From the NCBI GenBank assembly GCA_013813435.1, contig JACCRS010000151.1, positions 1 through 49,478 of the forward strand: DNA of 49,478 nt. The letters are read 5' to 3'. The stretch comes from Gemmatimonadales bacterium (GTDB lineage: Bacteria; Gemmatimonadota; Gemmatimonadetes; Gemmatimonadales; GWC2-71-9). The notes beneath the pieces are model-generated. The model was not told the DNA's origin, ran no database searches, and was given only the letters and a program-made list of their open reading frames with translations. The position numbers and the translations under genes are program-made. This document shows positions 8,841 to 18,202 of the stretch, piece after piece. The first letter of the stretch is position 1; each line of letters begins with the position of its first letter.

Positions 8841-9770
8841 ATGGCAGTCCGAGCGGTACCGGCGGTTGGCACCGGCCTCACCACGACCAAAGCGCCGTTC
8901 ATCGAACAGGCTCAGGCGGAGGGACGGCTTTACATACATCAGCCGTACGAGCTCTACTCCGAAGCGAACCACGATGCCTGGCGGAGGCTCTTTTCCCGGA
9001 TGGAGGAGCGCTGGCGCCGATATGCCAACCCGCGCTTCATCCAGGGCATCGATAGCCTGTGCCTCGACCCCAATCGGATGCCACGGCTGGAAGACGTCAA
9101 TCGGTTCCTCAGTCCCCTCACCGGCTTCAAGGCGAAGCCGGTAAGCGGCTACATTCCATCGTTTCTTTTCTTCGATTCTCTCAGGAATCGCGAATTTCCA
9201 ACCACCATTACCATCCGCGACGGCGCCACGCTAGACTACCTGCCGGAGCCCGACATTTTCCACGACATCGCCGGCCATGTGCCGATGCATACCGATCGCG
9301 CGTTCGCGGACACGCTCGTCCGGTTCGGCGACTGCGCCCACACGGCAGCTGAGATCGTCGCCGGCATCGAGGATGAGAAGGAAAAGATTCGGCGGGTTAC
9401 CAGCATCTTCAAAGCACTGGCGCGATTCTTCTGGTTCACTATCGAGTTCGGACTGATGCGCCAGGGCTCGGAGCTCAAGGTATACGGCAGCGGGCTTCTC
9501 AGCTCTTATGGCGAAATCGCGCACTCGGTCGATTCACCCGATGTGCAACGGTATCCAATGCAACTCGAATGGGTGATAAACCAGTACTTCGAGATCGACC
9601 GATATCAGCCATTGCTATTCATCGTGGATTCATTCGATCACCTCTTCGAGCTGGTGGGGGAGCTGGAGGGATGGATGCGCGAAGGCCGGCTGAACAACGT
9701 TGCGCCGGGAGAGCCCGCCATCAGCGAGCCCGACCTGCGGAGCTTTCTGGAGGCGCCGGTAGGGCGGTAG
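8841..9770 (+). CDS. phhA: phenylalanine 4-hydroxylase (pterin-dependent aromatic amino acid hydroxylase)
   Basis: RBS GGGGGAG. Iron-ligand region PDIFHDIAGHVPMH and YGSGLLSSYGE. ~309 aa, typical bacterial PAH size. Confidence 0.85.
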   Translation: MAVRAVPAVGTGLTTTKAPFIEQAQAEGRLYIHQPYELYSEANHDAWRRLFSRMEERWRRYANPRFIQGIDSLCLDPNRMPRLEDVNRFLSPLTGFKAKPVSGYIPSFLFFDSLRNREFPTTITIRDGATLDYLPEPDIFHDIAGHVPMHTDRAFADTLVRFGDCAHTAAEIVAGIEDEKEKIRRVTSIFKALARFFWFTIEFGLMRQGSELKVYGSGLLSSYGEIAHSVDSPDVQRYPMQLEWVINQYFEIDRYQPLLFIVDSFDHLFELVGELEGWMREGRLNNVAPGEPAISEPDLRSFLEAPVGR

Positions 9771-9915
9771 CCACATCGGCGGTAGGACCGGGGCGGTAAG
9801 AACCCGGGCGGTAGGAGCCGAGGCGGTGGGACCGAGCCGGTCGAGGCATACTGCCGCTTTACCTACCGCCTGTTTACTTACCGCCTCTATACCAACCGCC
9901 TCTTCACCTACCCCC
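9763..9915. repeat. inverted arrays of the 9-mer GGCGGTAGG at ~15-bp spacing
   Basis: Five direct copies start at 9763, 9778, 9792, 9807 and 9822 (GGCGGTAG/GGCGGTAGG/GGCGGTAAG/GGCGGTAGG/GGCGGTGGG). Four inverted copies lie at 9862, 9877, 9892 and 9907 (CCTACCGCC/CTTACCGCC/CCAACCGCC/CCTACCCCC). The first copy contains the phhA stop TAG. Confidence 0.75.
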
Positions 9916-9944
9916 CCTCCCGTCTTACATTCCTCCCCGTTCCT

Positions 9945-10016
<72 letters not shown>

Positions 10017-10166
10017 CTTGCAAAACCCATCTGCATCCTAGCCAGGCGCTGGATGCCAGGACATTTCGCTGCACCTCGTGCCTGCTTTTGGTTACATTGT
10101 CCCGCCTCTGTCAGCCATTTTTTTCCGCTTCCGCAGCCCTGAGAGCGCCCTGTCGCATGGACAGAC

Positions 10167-11063
10167 ATGAAAGTCACTAAGCCGATCTTTATTGTTGGCA
10201 CCGGACGCTGCGGCTCGACGGCGTTTCACAATCTGCTGGCCAGGCATCCGGACACCATGTGGCTCTCTGGGTTTGCCGAGAAATTTCCGGATAAGCCAGC
10301 CTGGAATCGCCGGGCGGTTACCGCGGTAGGCAATCCTTTGGTTCGCGGCATGCTCGGGAATAGAATCAAGCCCGGGGAGAACTACGGCTTCTGGTATCGG
10401 CATGCCTATGGCTTTGCCGAGCCGGGCCGGGATATGGTCCGAGCGGATGTAACTCCGCGCGTGCGGAAGCAGGTGCGCAGAGTGATCGAGGCCATGCTGA
10501 CCCCGAGACACAGCCGCATGCTGGTCAAGCTTACCGGCTGGTCACGTATCGGCTTTCTGAACGAGATCTTCGACGACGCCAAGTTCATCCACATCGTCCG
10601 CGATGGCCGGGCGGTTGCCAGCTCGCTGCTGCACATCAGCTCTTGGCAGTGGCGCGGCTGGTACGGGCCGTATAGCTGGCGCTACGGTCCGCTGTCACCG
10701 GAGGATCAAGCCGCCTGGGAAGCCAGCGATCGCTCGTTCGCCGTACTGGCCGGGCTTCAGTGGAGAATCCATACCCGGTCTCTGGAGGCCGCTCGCCAGA
10801 TGATCGACGCCCGGAGATTTCTGGAAGTAAGGTACGAGACTCTCTGCGAGCAGCCACTGGAAACCTGCAGACGGGCGGCGGAGTTCGCCGAGCTCCCCCA
10901 ATCGGCCAGCTTTGAGCAGCACGTCAGATCCGCGCCGATCAAGGACATGACCGCTCGCTGGCGGACCGACCTCAGTGCCGAGCAGCAGGGTGTGCTGACC
11001 ACCCTTCTGCGCGACGACCTTCTCCGCTATGGGTATGAGGTGTCCCCCCCGCGGGTTGACTGA
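10167..11063 (+). CDS. sulfotransferase family protein
   Basis: PAPS 5'-phosphosulfate-binding loop IFIVGTGRCGSTAFHNLL near the N-terminus and a 3'-phosphate-binding-like IHIVRDGRAVASS. No signal peptide. Confidence 0.7.
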   Translation: MKVTKPIFIVGTGRCGSTAFHNLLARHPDTMWLSGFAEKFPDKPAWNRRAVTAVGNPLVRGMLGNRIKPGENYGFWYRHAYGFAEPGRDMVRADVTPRVRKQVRRVIEAMLTPRHSRMLVKLTGWSRIGFLNEIFDDAKFIHIVRDGRAVASSLLHISSWQWRGWYGPYSWRYGPLSPEDQAAWEASDRSFAVLAGLQWRIHTRSLEAARQMIDARRFLEVRYETLCEQPLETCRRAAEFAELPQSASFEQHVRSAPIKDMTARWRTDLSAEQQGVLTTLLRDDLLRYGYEVSPPRVD

Positions 11064-11292
11064 CCTTTCCGCCCTCCAGTGTTTGGCAGGAAGGCCACGG
11101 CTGGGTTAGGATTCCCGTGGCGCAGGTGCAACGACCCCTCGCCGGCCGGCTTGGGACTTGATTCCAAGCTAAATCATTCAAAGAACTTAGGTCGCTTTAC
11201 TACGCCGCGCCCACGGCCCGGGACGTGCATGGGACGGCCTTCCAAGGCGACCTTGATCCTCTTATCGGCAACCGGAAACCCGGCGCGCCACG

Positions 11293-13743
11293 GTGACCAT
11301 GACTCGACTTCAGCCACTCCGGTTCTCGGCTCTGATAGCGTTGCTTGCGGCCAGTTCCCTCCGCTGCAGCGGCGACAATATCGGTCCGCGTCCTGCCACG
11401 ACCATTGCCGACGCCGGTGGAGGCTCACAGACCGGAACCGTAAACCAGCTTCTTTCCAATCCGTTGGTAGTTCTCGTCACCGACAATACCGGAGAACCGG
11501 TAGAAAACGTCAGCGTGAGCTGGAGTGTCCAGGGCGGGGGAAGCGTCTCATCCACCACCGTAACGACTGGCTCGAGCGGCCGCGCCTCAGTGACGCGGGT
11601 CCTCGGTTCCGAGCCTGGTGAGCAAACTACGACCGCATCGGTTGCCGGCCTCAGTGGCTCGCCCATAATCTTTTTGGCAATTGCCACCGATGACCAGAGT
11701 CCGGGCCTCACTGTTACCACCCAGCCTTCAAGCGCGGCTCAGAGCGGAGTGGCGTTTGCGGTACAGCCGGTAATTCAACTGAAGGATGCCGACGGGAACG
11801 ACCTGGCCCAGAGCGGCCTCCAGGTGACAGCAGCGTTTGCCACCGGCGCTGGAACACTCGGCGGCACCTTGACCCGCGCCACCGACGCCAACGGCAGAGC
11901 AACTTTCACCGATCTTCGGATAACCGGAGACGCCGGAAGTTACACCCTGCAGTTTACGGCCCCCGGTACCAACCCGGCACTTTCGACGGCGATCGTGCTA
12001 AGCGGCGCCGCGGGCGGCATCGTGATTACGGCCAACCCACCCGTAGCGGCGCTGGATGGTGAAGTGTTCGATCCAGTCGTTCAGCCGGTTGTGGTTGTGC
12101 GAGACGCAAGCGGCAACCCGGTGAGTGGGGTGGCGGTAACTGCCAGCATCGTATCCGGCGGCGGTACCCTGGAGGGGAACACCACAGCTACCACCGGTCC
12201 CACCGGCCAGGCGAGTTTTGCCGACCTCGGTATCCGCGGCACCGGCGACAATGCTCTCCAGTTCACAGCCGGACCCTCAAGCGTGACCTCTTCACCGGTT
12301 TCGGTGTCAGCCCTGCCGGTCGAGGCAACCAAAGGTAAGTGGGGACCGCTGGTCAGCTGGGACATCGTACCTCTGCACATGAGCCTGATGCCGAGTGGTA
12401 AAATCGTGGCATGGGGCAAGACCGACGCGGCCGACACCATGGGAATGCCGCGGATCTGGGATCCGGCCGCCGGACCACCGAGCAGCGCTCAGATGGTCAT
12501 GACTGATAGCATGCTCTTCTGTGCGGGACACACCCTGATGCCCGATGGCCGGCTGCTGGTTTCGGGTGGTCACCTGCAGGATGACCGCGGCACCGCCACG
12601 ACGACCTTTTTCTCGCCGGAAGGCGCGGTGACGGCGGGGCCCAGCATGGCGTACGCTCGCTGGTACCCCACGGTGACAGTACTGGAGGATGGCCGGGCGC
12701 TGACCATGGGAGGGCGTGACGAAAACAACGCCGTGGTCAAGATCCCTGAACTCTGGGATAACGGTGGTTGGAGCCAGCTCCCCGGGGCCAGCAATGTGGA
12801 GATTCCGTACTACCCGCGGAACTTCGTCGATCCCAAGAATGGGCTGATCTTCTACGCCGGGGAGCGGGTCCAGTCGCGTTGGTTCGATGTAGACGCCACT
12901 GGCGCTGGTGGCCGCGGCGTCTGGACCGCAGGCCCGACCCACAAGTATGCCTTCAACCGGGAATATGGCTCCGCGGTCATGTATGACGTAGGGAAGATTC
13001 TCGTCGTCGGTGGTGGAGGGCACAGGACGTGGCGACAGTCGCCAGACAGCAAGACGGACACTCCGACCGCTACCGCGGAGACGATCGATCTGAACGGCTC
13101 ATCTCCCACATGGCAGTTCACCAGCCCTATGGCGTTCCCGCGGCGCCATATGAACGCGACAATCCTGCCCGATGGGCAGGTGCTTGCGACTGGTGGCACC
13201 AGAGGTGGCGGGTTTGTCAACATCAGTACTGGGTTGGCCGTCAAGGAGGCAGAGCTCTGGAATCCAAGTACCGGCCAGTGGACCACCCTCGCCGCCAACA
13301 GCAAAATGCGGATCTACCACTCCGTCTCTCTGCTGCTGCCCGACGGAACCGTTCTGCACGGCTCCAGTGGTGACGCGATGGCCGATCTGGCTGTGGTTCC
13401 GCCCGAGCGGAACCACGAGATCTTCTCACCACCGTACCTGTTCAAAGGCGCACGTCCGACCATTACGTCGGCTCCCGCCAGCGTCGGCTATGGACAGACG
13501 TTCTCGGTTGTCACACCCAATGCGGCCCAGATAACCGGCGTACGCTGGATCCGTTTAGGATCGGTGACTCACGCGTATGATGCGAGCGCAAGAGCGAATA
13601 CCTTGACCTTTGCGATCAACGGCGGGAACGTGGAAGTGACAGCTCCCTCAGCTGCGAGGCAGGCTCCTCCGGGGCACTATCTACTCTTCGTTCTCAACCG
13701 GAACGGGGTGCCGTCAGCGGGGAAGATCGTACAGGTACGCTGA
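11293..13743 (+). CDS. lipoprotein with N-terminal Ig-like repeats fused to a glyoxal/galactose-oxidase-like copper radical oxidase (kelch propeller + DUF1929)
   Basis: Signal/lipobox LLAASSLRC. Three ~85-aa Ig-like repeats. Oxidase motifs LFCAGH (Cys of the Cys-Tyr crosslink), ARWYPT, IYHS, GSVTHAYD, and the C-terminal HYLLFVLNRNGVPS. The start may be ATG 11299 instead of GTG 11293. Confidence 0.75.
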   Translation: MTMTRLQPLRFSALIALLAASSLRCSGDNIGPRPATTIADAGGGSQTGTVNQLLSNPLVVLVTDNTGEPVENVSVSWSVQGGGSVSSTTVTTGSSGRASVTRVLGSEPGEQTTTASVAGLSGSPIIFLAIATDDQSPGLTVTTQPSSAAQSGVAFAVQPVIQLKDADGNDLAQSGLQVTAAFATGAGTLGGTLTRATDANGRATFTDLRITGDAGSYTLQFTAPGTNPALSTAIVLSGAAGGIVITANPPVAALDGEVFDPVVQPVVVVRDASGNPVSGVAVTASIVSGGGTLEGNTTATTGPTGQASFADLGIRGTGDNALQFTAGPSSVTSSPVSVSALPVEATKGKWGPLVSWDIVPLHMSLMPSGKIVAWGKTDAADTMGMPRIWDPAAGPPSSAQMVMTDSMLFCAGHTLMPDGRLLVSGGHLQDDRGTATTTFFSPEGAVTAGPSMAYARWYPTVTVLEDGRALTMGGRDENNAVVKIPELWDNGGWSQLPGASNVEIPYYPRNFVDPKNGLIFYAGERVQSRWFDVDATGAGGRGVWTAGPTHKYAFNREYGSAVMYDVGKILVVGGGGHRTWRQSPDSKTDTPTATAETIDLNGSSPTWQFTSPMAFPRRHMNATILPDGQVLATGGTRGGGFVNISTGLAVKEAELWNPSTGQWTTLAANSKMRIYHSVSLLLPDGTVLHGSSGDAMADLAVVPPERNHEIFSPPYLFKGARPTITSAPASVGYGQTFSVVTPNAAQITGVRWIRLGSVTHAYDASARANTLTFAINGGNVEVTAPSAARQAPPGHYLLFVLNRNGVPSAGKIVQVR

Positions 13744-13774
13744 GGCCCTGAGCGCAAGAGTTGGGTCATAAGAG

Positions 13775-14788
13775 TTAATCGTCGGATGCTGCCAGGGATC
13801 TGATTCCGGCGAAGACGGCGAGCCCCAGACCGGCCGCGAGCAAAGCCTTCCCTGGCGAAAGCGCCGCCCGGGTGTATGCGCTCGACTGCATCACGTGGCC
13901 GCTATAGTTCCCGCTCTCCATTCCCTCTTCGGGCGCGTGGACGTACAAGTTGTCGGCTCGTTCTCCCGCCGGCACATCCGAGCGCTGTGAGTCGAACATC
14001 GCCCGCTCCATGTAGTAGTCGGTCAGCCGGGGCAGAGCACCACCCAGAGCGGTGAGCAGGCGTCCGCCCCCGCCTACGGTGATGTCGCGAACCGGGTGTT
14101 CAGCGGCGCGGAGGACCGCGTTTGCCACGACTTCGGGGGCGTAAACCGGGGCAGGGGGCTTGGGCTCAACGGCCATGTAGTTCTTAGCGTGCTGGAAATA
14201 CGGCGTGTCGATGGTCGATGGTTTGATGAGCGTGATCGAGATCGGTGCTCCTTCCTCCTCCAGCTCCATTCTTAAGGCATCGGTGAAACCCTTCACCGCG
14301 TGCTTCGATGCCGAATAAGCTCCTTGCAGCGGAATGGCGCGGTCGGATACCACACTGCCGATGTTGATCAACGCCCCGCCGCTGCCCCGGAGCCGAGACA
14401 CCGCCGCACGAGCGCCGTACACCGTGCCCCAGAAGTTGACCTCGAACAGACGCCGCATGTCTTCGATGGCTACTTCGGTCAAATTACCGTAGAACGAGAC
14501 TCCGGCATTGTTGACCCAGGTGTCGATGGTGCCGAACTCCTCGATGGCCGTGGCTGCCAGGCGTTCGACATCCTCCTGGTTGGCGACGTCGGCAACTACC
14601 GAGCGCGCCTTTCCGCCACTCTCCCCGATAGCAGACACCGTTTCCCGGAGCTCCGACTCGTTGCGGGAGCAAAGCACCACACGGGCACCACGCTTTGCAG
14701 CCCGCTTGGCGGTGGCGAGCCCGATCCCGCTGGTGCCGCCGGTGATGACCACAACCTGATCCTCCAACCGCTTCAGTTTGATGCCCAT
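13775..14788 (-). CDS. SDR family oxidoreductase with C-terminal hydrophobic tail
   Basis: ATG 14788 is preceded by GAGGAG. VVVITGGTSGIGLATA (TGxxxGxG), NNAG, YSASKHAV (YxxxK). The C-terminal LLAAGLGLAVFAGI is a likely membrane anchor. Confidence 0.85.
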   Translation of the reverse strand: MGIKLKRLEDQVVVITGGTSGIGLATAKRAAKRGARVVLCSRNESELRETVSAIGESGGKARSVVADVANQEDVERLAATAIEEFGTIDTWVNNAGVSFYGNLTEVAIEDMRRLFEVNFWGTVYGARAAVSRLRGSGGALINIGSVVSDRAIPLQGAYSASKHAVKGFTDALRMELEEEGAPISITLIKPSTIDTPYFQHAKNYMAVEPKPPAPVYAPEVVANAVLRAAEHPVRDITVGGGGRLLTALGGALPRLTDYYMERAMFDSQRSDVPAGERADNLYVHAPEEGMESGNYSGHVMQSSAYTRAALSPGKALLAAGLGLAVFAGIRSLAASDD

Positions 14789-14988
14789 TGCGATCTCCTC
14801 GGTCCCTGACCTGCGGTTGGCGTAGTCGAGCTTCAATAAGTATTAAGAACATACCGGCAGAGCACAACTCGCGCGTTTCTTCTCGTGTGGCGGGAAGTGG
14901 CTCCTAGTCCTTAATTTAGCTTCTGGGTCGTAACATCCTGTCGGGCTTCTCAGGGCCGATTGCCTTAGTGCGATTCGAGTGGTGATGG

Positions 14989-16263
14989 ATGATTCGAGTT
15001 ACCGCGGTATATCCCGATTCGATTGCAGCTGAACTCGGCCTTCAGGAAGGTACCGAGCTCATTTCGGTGAACGGGCGGCAGCTGGAGGACTTTCTCGACT
15101 GGGAGTTCCTGACCGCCGAGGAGGAGTTCGTCCTTCACGTGCGGCAGCCCGGCGGCGAGGAAATCGAGTTCGAGATCGAGCGGCCGTTGGCCGAGTCGAT
15201 AGGGGTGTCGTTGGAACCGGCCCGGATACGGCGCTGTGCCAATCGCTGCGACTTCTGCTTCGTGGATGGACTACCCGACGGGTTGCGCGACGTCCTCTAC
15301 ATCCGTGATGACGACTATCGGCTCTCGTTCCGCTATGGCAATTTCGCCACCCTGACAAACCTGAAGCCACACGACGTTCAGCGCATCATAGAGTATCGGC
15401 TCTCTCCACTCTACGTGTCGGTTCACGCGACTGATCCAGCAGTGCGACGATATCTTCTGCGAAATCCCACGGCGCCGGACGTCATACCGCAGCTCCGAGA
15501 GTTTGCCGAGCACGGCATCGAGTTTCAGACCCAGATTGTCATGTCCCCTGGGGTGAACGACGGCCCGGTGCTGCGTCAAACCCTAACCGATCTCTACGAG
15601 TTCGGCCCCTCGATCCTCGGCTGCTCTGTGGTTCCGGTGGGCCTGACCGAGTACTCCAAGCATCATCTGGTGCGCGAGCCTACCGCTGGTGAATGCCGAG
15701 CAGCCATAGAGATGATCGAGGAGCGGGCAGACGTCGCCCTGGCACAGCGGGGACTTCACTGGGCATTCGGCGCCGATGAGCTCTACGTCCGGGCCGGTGT
15801 CGAGCTGCCCGGGCCCGAGATCTATGACGGCTTCGATCAGGTGGAGAACGGCGTCGGCTCGGTGCGCTGGCTTCAGCAGCGAATCCAGACGTTGTCGAGC
15901 GCGCATGGTTGGCAGGGCAAGCGAATCGGGATCGTTACCGGAACCGCCATGGCGCAGCTCATGCCCATGGTGCTCGGCCCGCTGGCCAAGGCTACGGGGG
16001 CTGAGCTCGAGCTCATTCCAGTAGTGAATACATTGTTCGGGCCCACCGTCACTACTGCCGGGCTTTTACCGGGTGTGGCGATACAGCAGGTGCTGATGGG
16101 GCGCGGCGACCTCGACCTGGCGTTGCTTCCAGGTGAGTCAGTGAACGATGATGATCTCTTTATCGACAGCACGAGCTTTGATAGTCTGATCCAGTCACTG
16201 CCGGTCCAGGTCCGACTCTCACACGACTTCACGGACGTGCTTCGGGTTCCCGTAACGGCATGA
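14989..16263 (+). CDS. PDZ-domain radical-SAM-like protein (DUF512 family)
   Basis: N-terminal PDZ-like VYPDSIAAELGLQEGTELISVNG. CX3CX2C motif CANRCDFC. Its stop overlaps the der ATG (ATGA at 16260-16263). Confidence 0.7.
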   Translation: MIRVTAVYPDSIAAELGLQEGTELISVNGRQLEDFLDWEFLTAEEEFVLHVRQPGGEEIEFEIERPLAESIGVSLEPARIRRCANRCDFCFVDGLPDGLRDVLYIRDDDYRLSFRYGNFATLTNLKPHDVQRIIEYRLSPLYVSVHATDPAVRRYLLRNPTAPDVIPQLREFAEHGIEFQTQIVMSPGVNDGPVLRQTLTDLYEFGPSILGCSVVPVGLTEYSKHHLVREPTAGECRAAIEMIEERADVALAQRGLHWAFGADELYVRAGVELPGPEIYDGFDQVENGVGSVRWLQQRIQTLSSAHGWQGKRIGIVTGTAMAQLMPMVLGPLAKATGAELELIPVVNTLFGPTVTTAGLLPGVAIQQVLMGRGDLDLALLPGESVNDDDLFIDSTSFDSLIQSLPVQVRLSHDFTDVLRVPVTA

Positions 16264-17582
16264 GTAAGCCCACCGTAGCCATCGTGGGGCGCCCGAACGT
16301 CGGAAAGTCCACCCTCTTTAACCGCATTCTTGGCGGACGCCCAGCGATCGTCTCCGACCAGCCAGGTACCACTCGCGACCGGCACTTCGGTGATGCCGAA
16401 TGGCAGGGCCGCCATTTCTGGGTGGTGGATACCGGTGGGCTCTTGCCGGATTCGGACGACTCCATGGACCGAGCTATCCGGACGCAAGTAGAGTTCGCGC
16501 TCGACGAGTCCGATGTGGTGCTCTTCGTGGTTGACGGCCGGGAGGGAGTGAATCCGGTAGATCGCGCCATCGCGGAGCGGCTTCGGAAGGCCGGGCGCCC
16601 GGTGCTTCTGGCGGTCAACAAGCTGGACAACCTGGAGCAGAGTACCGAGCAGTACGCGTTCTATACCCTGGGCTTCGGAGACCCGGCCGGCGTGAGCGCG
16701 GCGATCGGGAAGGGAAGCGGCGATCTACTTGATGCCGTAGTCGAGCGGCTCCCGCCGTTCGACCCCGCTGAAGCCGAAGAGATGATCAACGTGGCGGTCG
16801 TCGGGCGTCCTAATGTAGGAAAGTCGTCCATCGTCAACCGCCTCCTGGGTGAGGAGCGCCATGTCGTGGCCTCCCAGGCAGGGACCACACGCGATGCGAT
16901 AGATTCGATCTTGCGGTTTGAGGGAGAAACCCTCAACTTCATTGACACCGCTGGCTTACGCCGTCGAGCTAAAGTAGAGGATGATTTGGAGTTCTACTCC
17001 AGCCTGCGGACGGAGCGGGCCATTGAGCGAGCCCATGTTGCGGTCCTGGTGGTGGATGCTGCGGTAGGGCTACACAATCAGGATCTCCGCATCGCCAGCC
17101 GGGCCTGGGATGAGGGTGCCGGCTTGATAGTCCTGGTGAACAAGTGGGACCTGGTGGAGGAGAAAGATGCCAACACCGCCCGACAGGGTCAGGAAGCGAT
17201 TATCGCGAAGGCGCCCTTCCTTCGCTATGTGCCGTTCCTGTACGTCAGCGCATTGACGGGGCAGCGGGTGCGGAAAGTTCTTGATCTGATTGTCCAGGTG
17301 GCTGAGGGCCGGGAGCAGCGGGTACCGACCGCCGAAGTCAACAAGGTGCTCGCGTCGCTGGTAGAGCGGAATGCGCCACCCCAGAAACCGGGCGAGGAGG
17401 TGAAGCTGCTCTACGCCTCTCAGATCGCCACCGCCCCACCGACTCTGGCGATTGTCAGCAACCGTCCCGACGAGGTACCCGAGTCATACCAGCGCTATCT
17501 GGCGCATGGTTTTCGGGAGGCGTGGCCCTTCACCGGATCTCCGTTGCGACTCAAGTTCACCCGACGAGGATCTCGACGCTAA
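16260..17582 (+). CDS. der: ribosome biogenesis GTPase Der (EngA)
   Basis: Two tandem G domains, each with a P-loop GRPNVGKST/GRPNVGKSS, DTGG/DTAG and NKxD (NKLD, NKWD), plus a C-terminal KH-like domain. Confidence 0.9.
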   Translation: MSKPTVAIVGRPNVGKSTLFNRILGGRPAIVSDQPGTTRDRHFGDAEWQGRHFWVVDTGGLLPDSDDSMDRAIRTQVEFALDESDVVLFVVDGREGVNPVDRAIAERLRKAGRPVLLAVNKLDNLEQSTEQYAFYTLGFGDPAGVSAAIGKGSGDLLDAVVERLPPFDPAEAEEMINVAVVGRPNVGKSSIVNRLLGEERHVVASQAGTTRDAIDSILRFEGETLNFIDTAGLRRRAKVEDDLEFYSSLRTERAIERAHVAVLVVDAAVGLHNQDLRIASRAWDEGAGLIVLVNKWDLVEEKDANTARQGQEAIIAKAPFLRYVPFLYVSALTGQRVRKVLDLIVQVAEGREQRVPTAEVNKVLASLVERNAPPQKPGEEVKLLYASQIATAPPTLAIVSNRPDEVPESYQRYLAHGFREAWPFTGSPLRLKFTRRGSRR

Positions 17583-18202
17583 TGCCGCTAGAAGTGCCCT
17601 GGCTTCTTGCCTCCTACTTCATCGGGGCCATACCGACGAGCTATCTGCTCAGTCGTCTTTTTGCGGGGATCGATCTCCGCCAGCACGGCAGCGGCAATCT
17701 AGGCGCCACCAACCTCTATCGCGTACTGGGCTGGAGGTATGCAGTTCCAGCCGCTGCTGTCGATATCGCGAAAGGCTTCGTTCCCGTCGTCCTGTTTGCC
17801 CGACAAGTATCGGACTCGCAGCTGTTCGCACTGGCCTGCGGAGTGGCGGCGATCGTCGGCCATGTGTTCTCGGTGTTCGTGCGACTGAAGGGCGGGAAGG
17901 GGGTCGCCACGGCCGCTGGTGTGATGCTGGGTCTGGCGCCGGTTGCATTGGCGGTGTCGGCCCTGGTCTGGGCAGCGCTGGTCCGACTTACCGGTTATGT
18001 GTCACTCGGCAGCATTACCGCGGCGGCGGTGCTCCCAATCTCGGTCTACGCTCTGGAAGATTCGAGCAGCCCGGCGCTGCTCTGGATAGCGGCGGCGATA
18101 GCCGCCGGTGTCATCGTCCTCCACCGGCACAACATCCAGCGGTTGCTCAAAGGAACCGAGAACCGTTTTGGGCGCAGGGCAGCAAGCACGCCGCACCCAT
18201 GA
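17582..18202 (+). CDS. plsY: glycerol-3-phosphate acyltransferase PlsY
   Basis: MPLEVPWLLASYFIGAIPTSYLL...HGSGNLGATN...KGGKGVATAAG, typical PlsY motifs. ATG 17582 shares 1 nt with the der TAA. Confidence 0.85.
   Translation: MPLEVPWLLASYFIGAIPTSYLLSRLFAGIDLRQHGSGNLGATNLYRVLGWRYAVPAAAVDIAKGFVPVVLFARQVSDSQLFALACGVAAIVGHVFSVFVRLKGGKGVATAAGVMLGLAPVALAVSALVWAALVRLTGYVSLGSITAAAVLPISVYALEDSSSPALLWIAAAIAAGVIVLHRHNIQRLLKGTENRFGRRAASTPHP

Noticed and set aside
17452-18198. N-terminal 249 codons of tracked ORF 17452..19197 (apparent long GpsA)
   Set aside because: This stretch overlaps plsY in another frame and translates to Arg/Ser/Gly-rich junk. The true gpsA begins at ATG 18199 with the Rossmann motif and an ATGA overlap.
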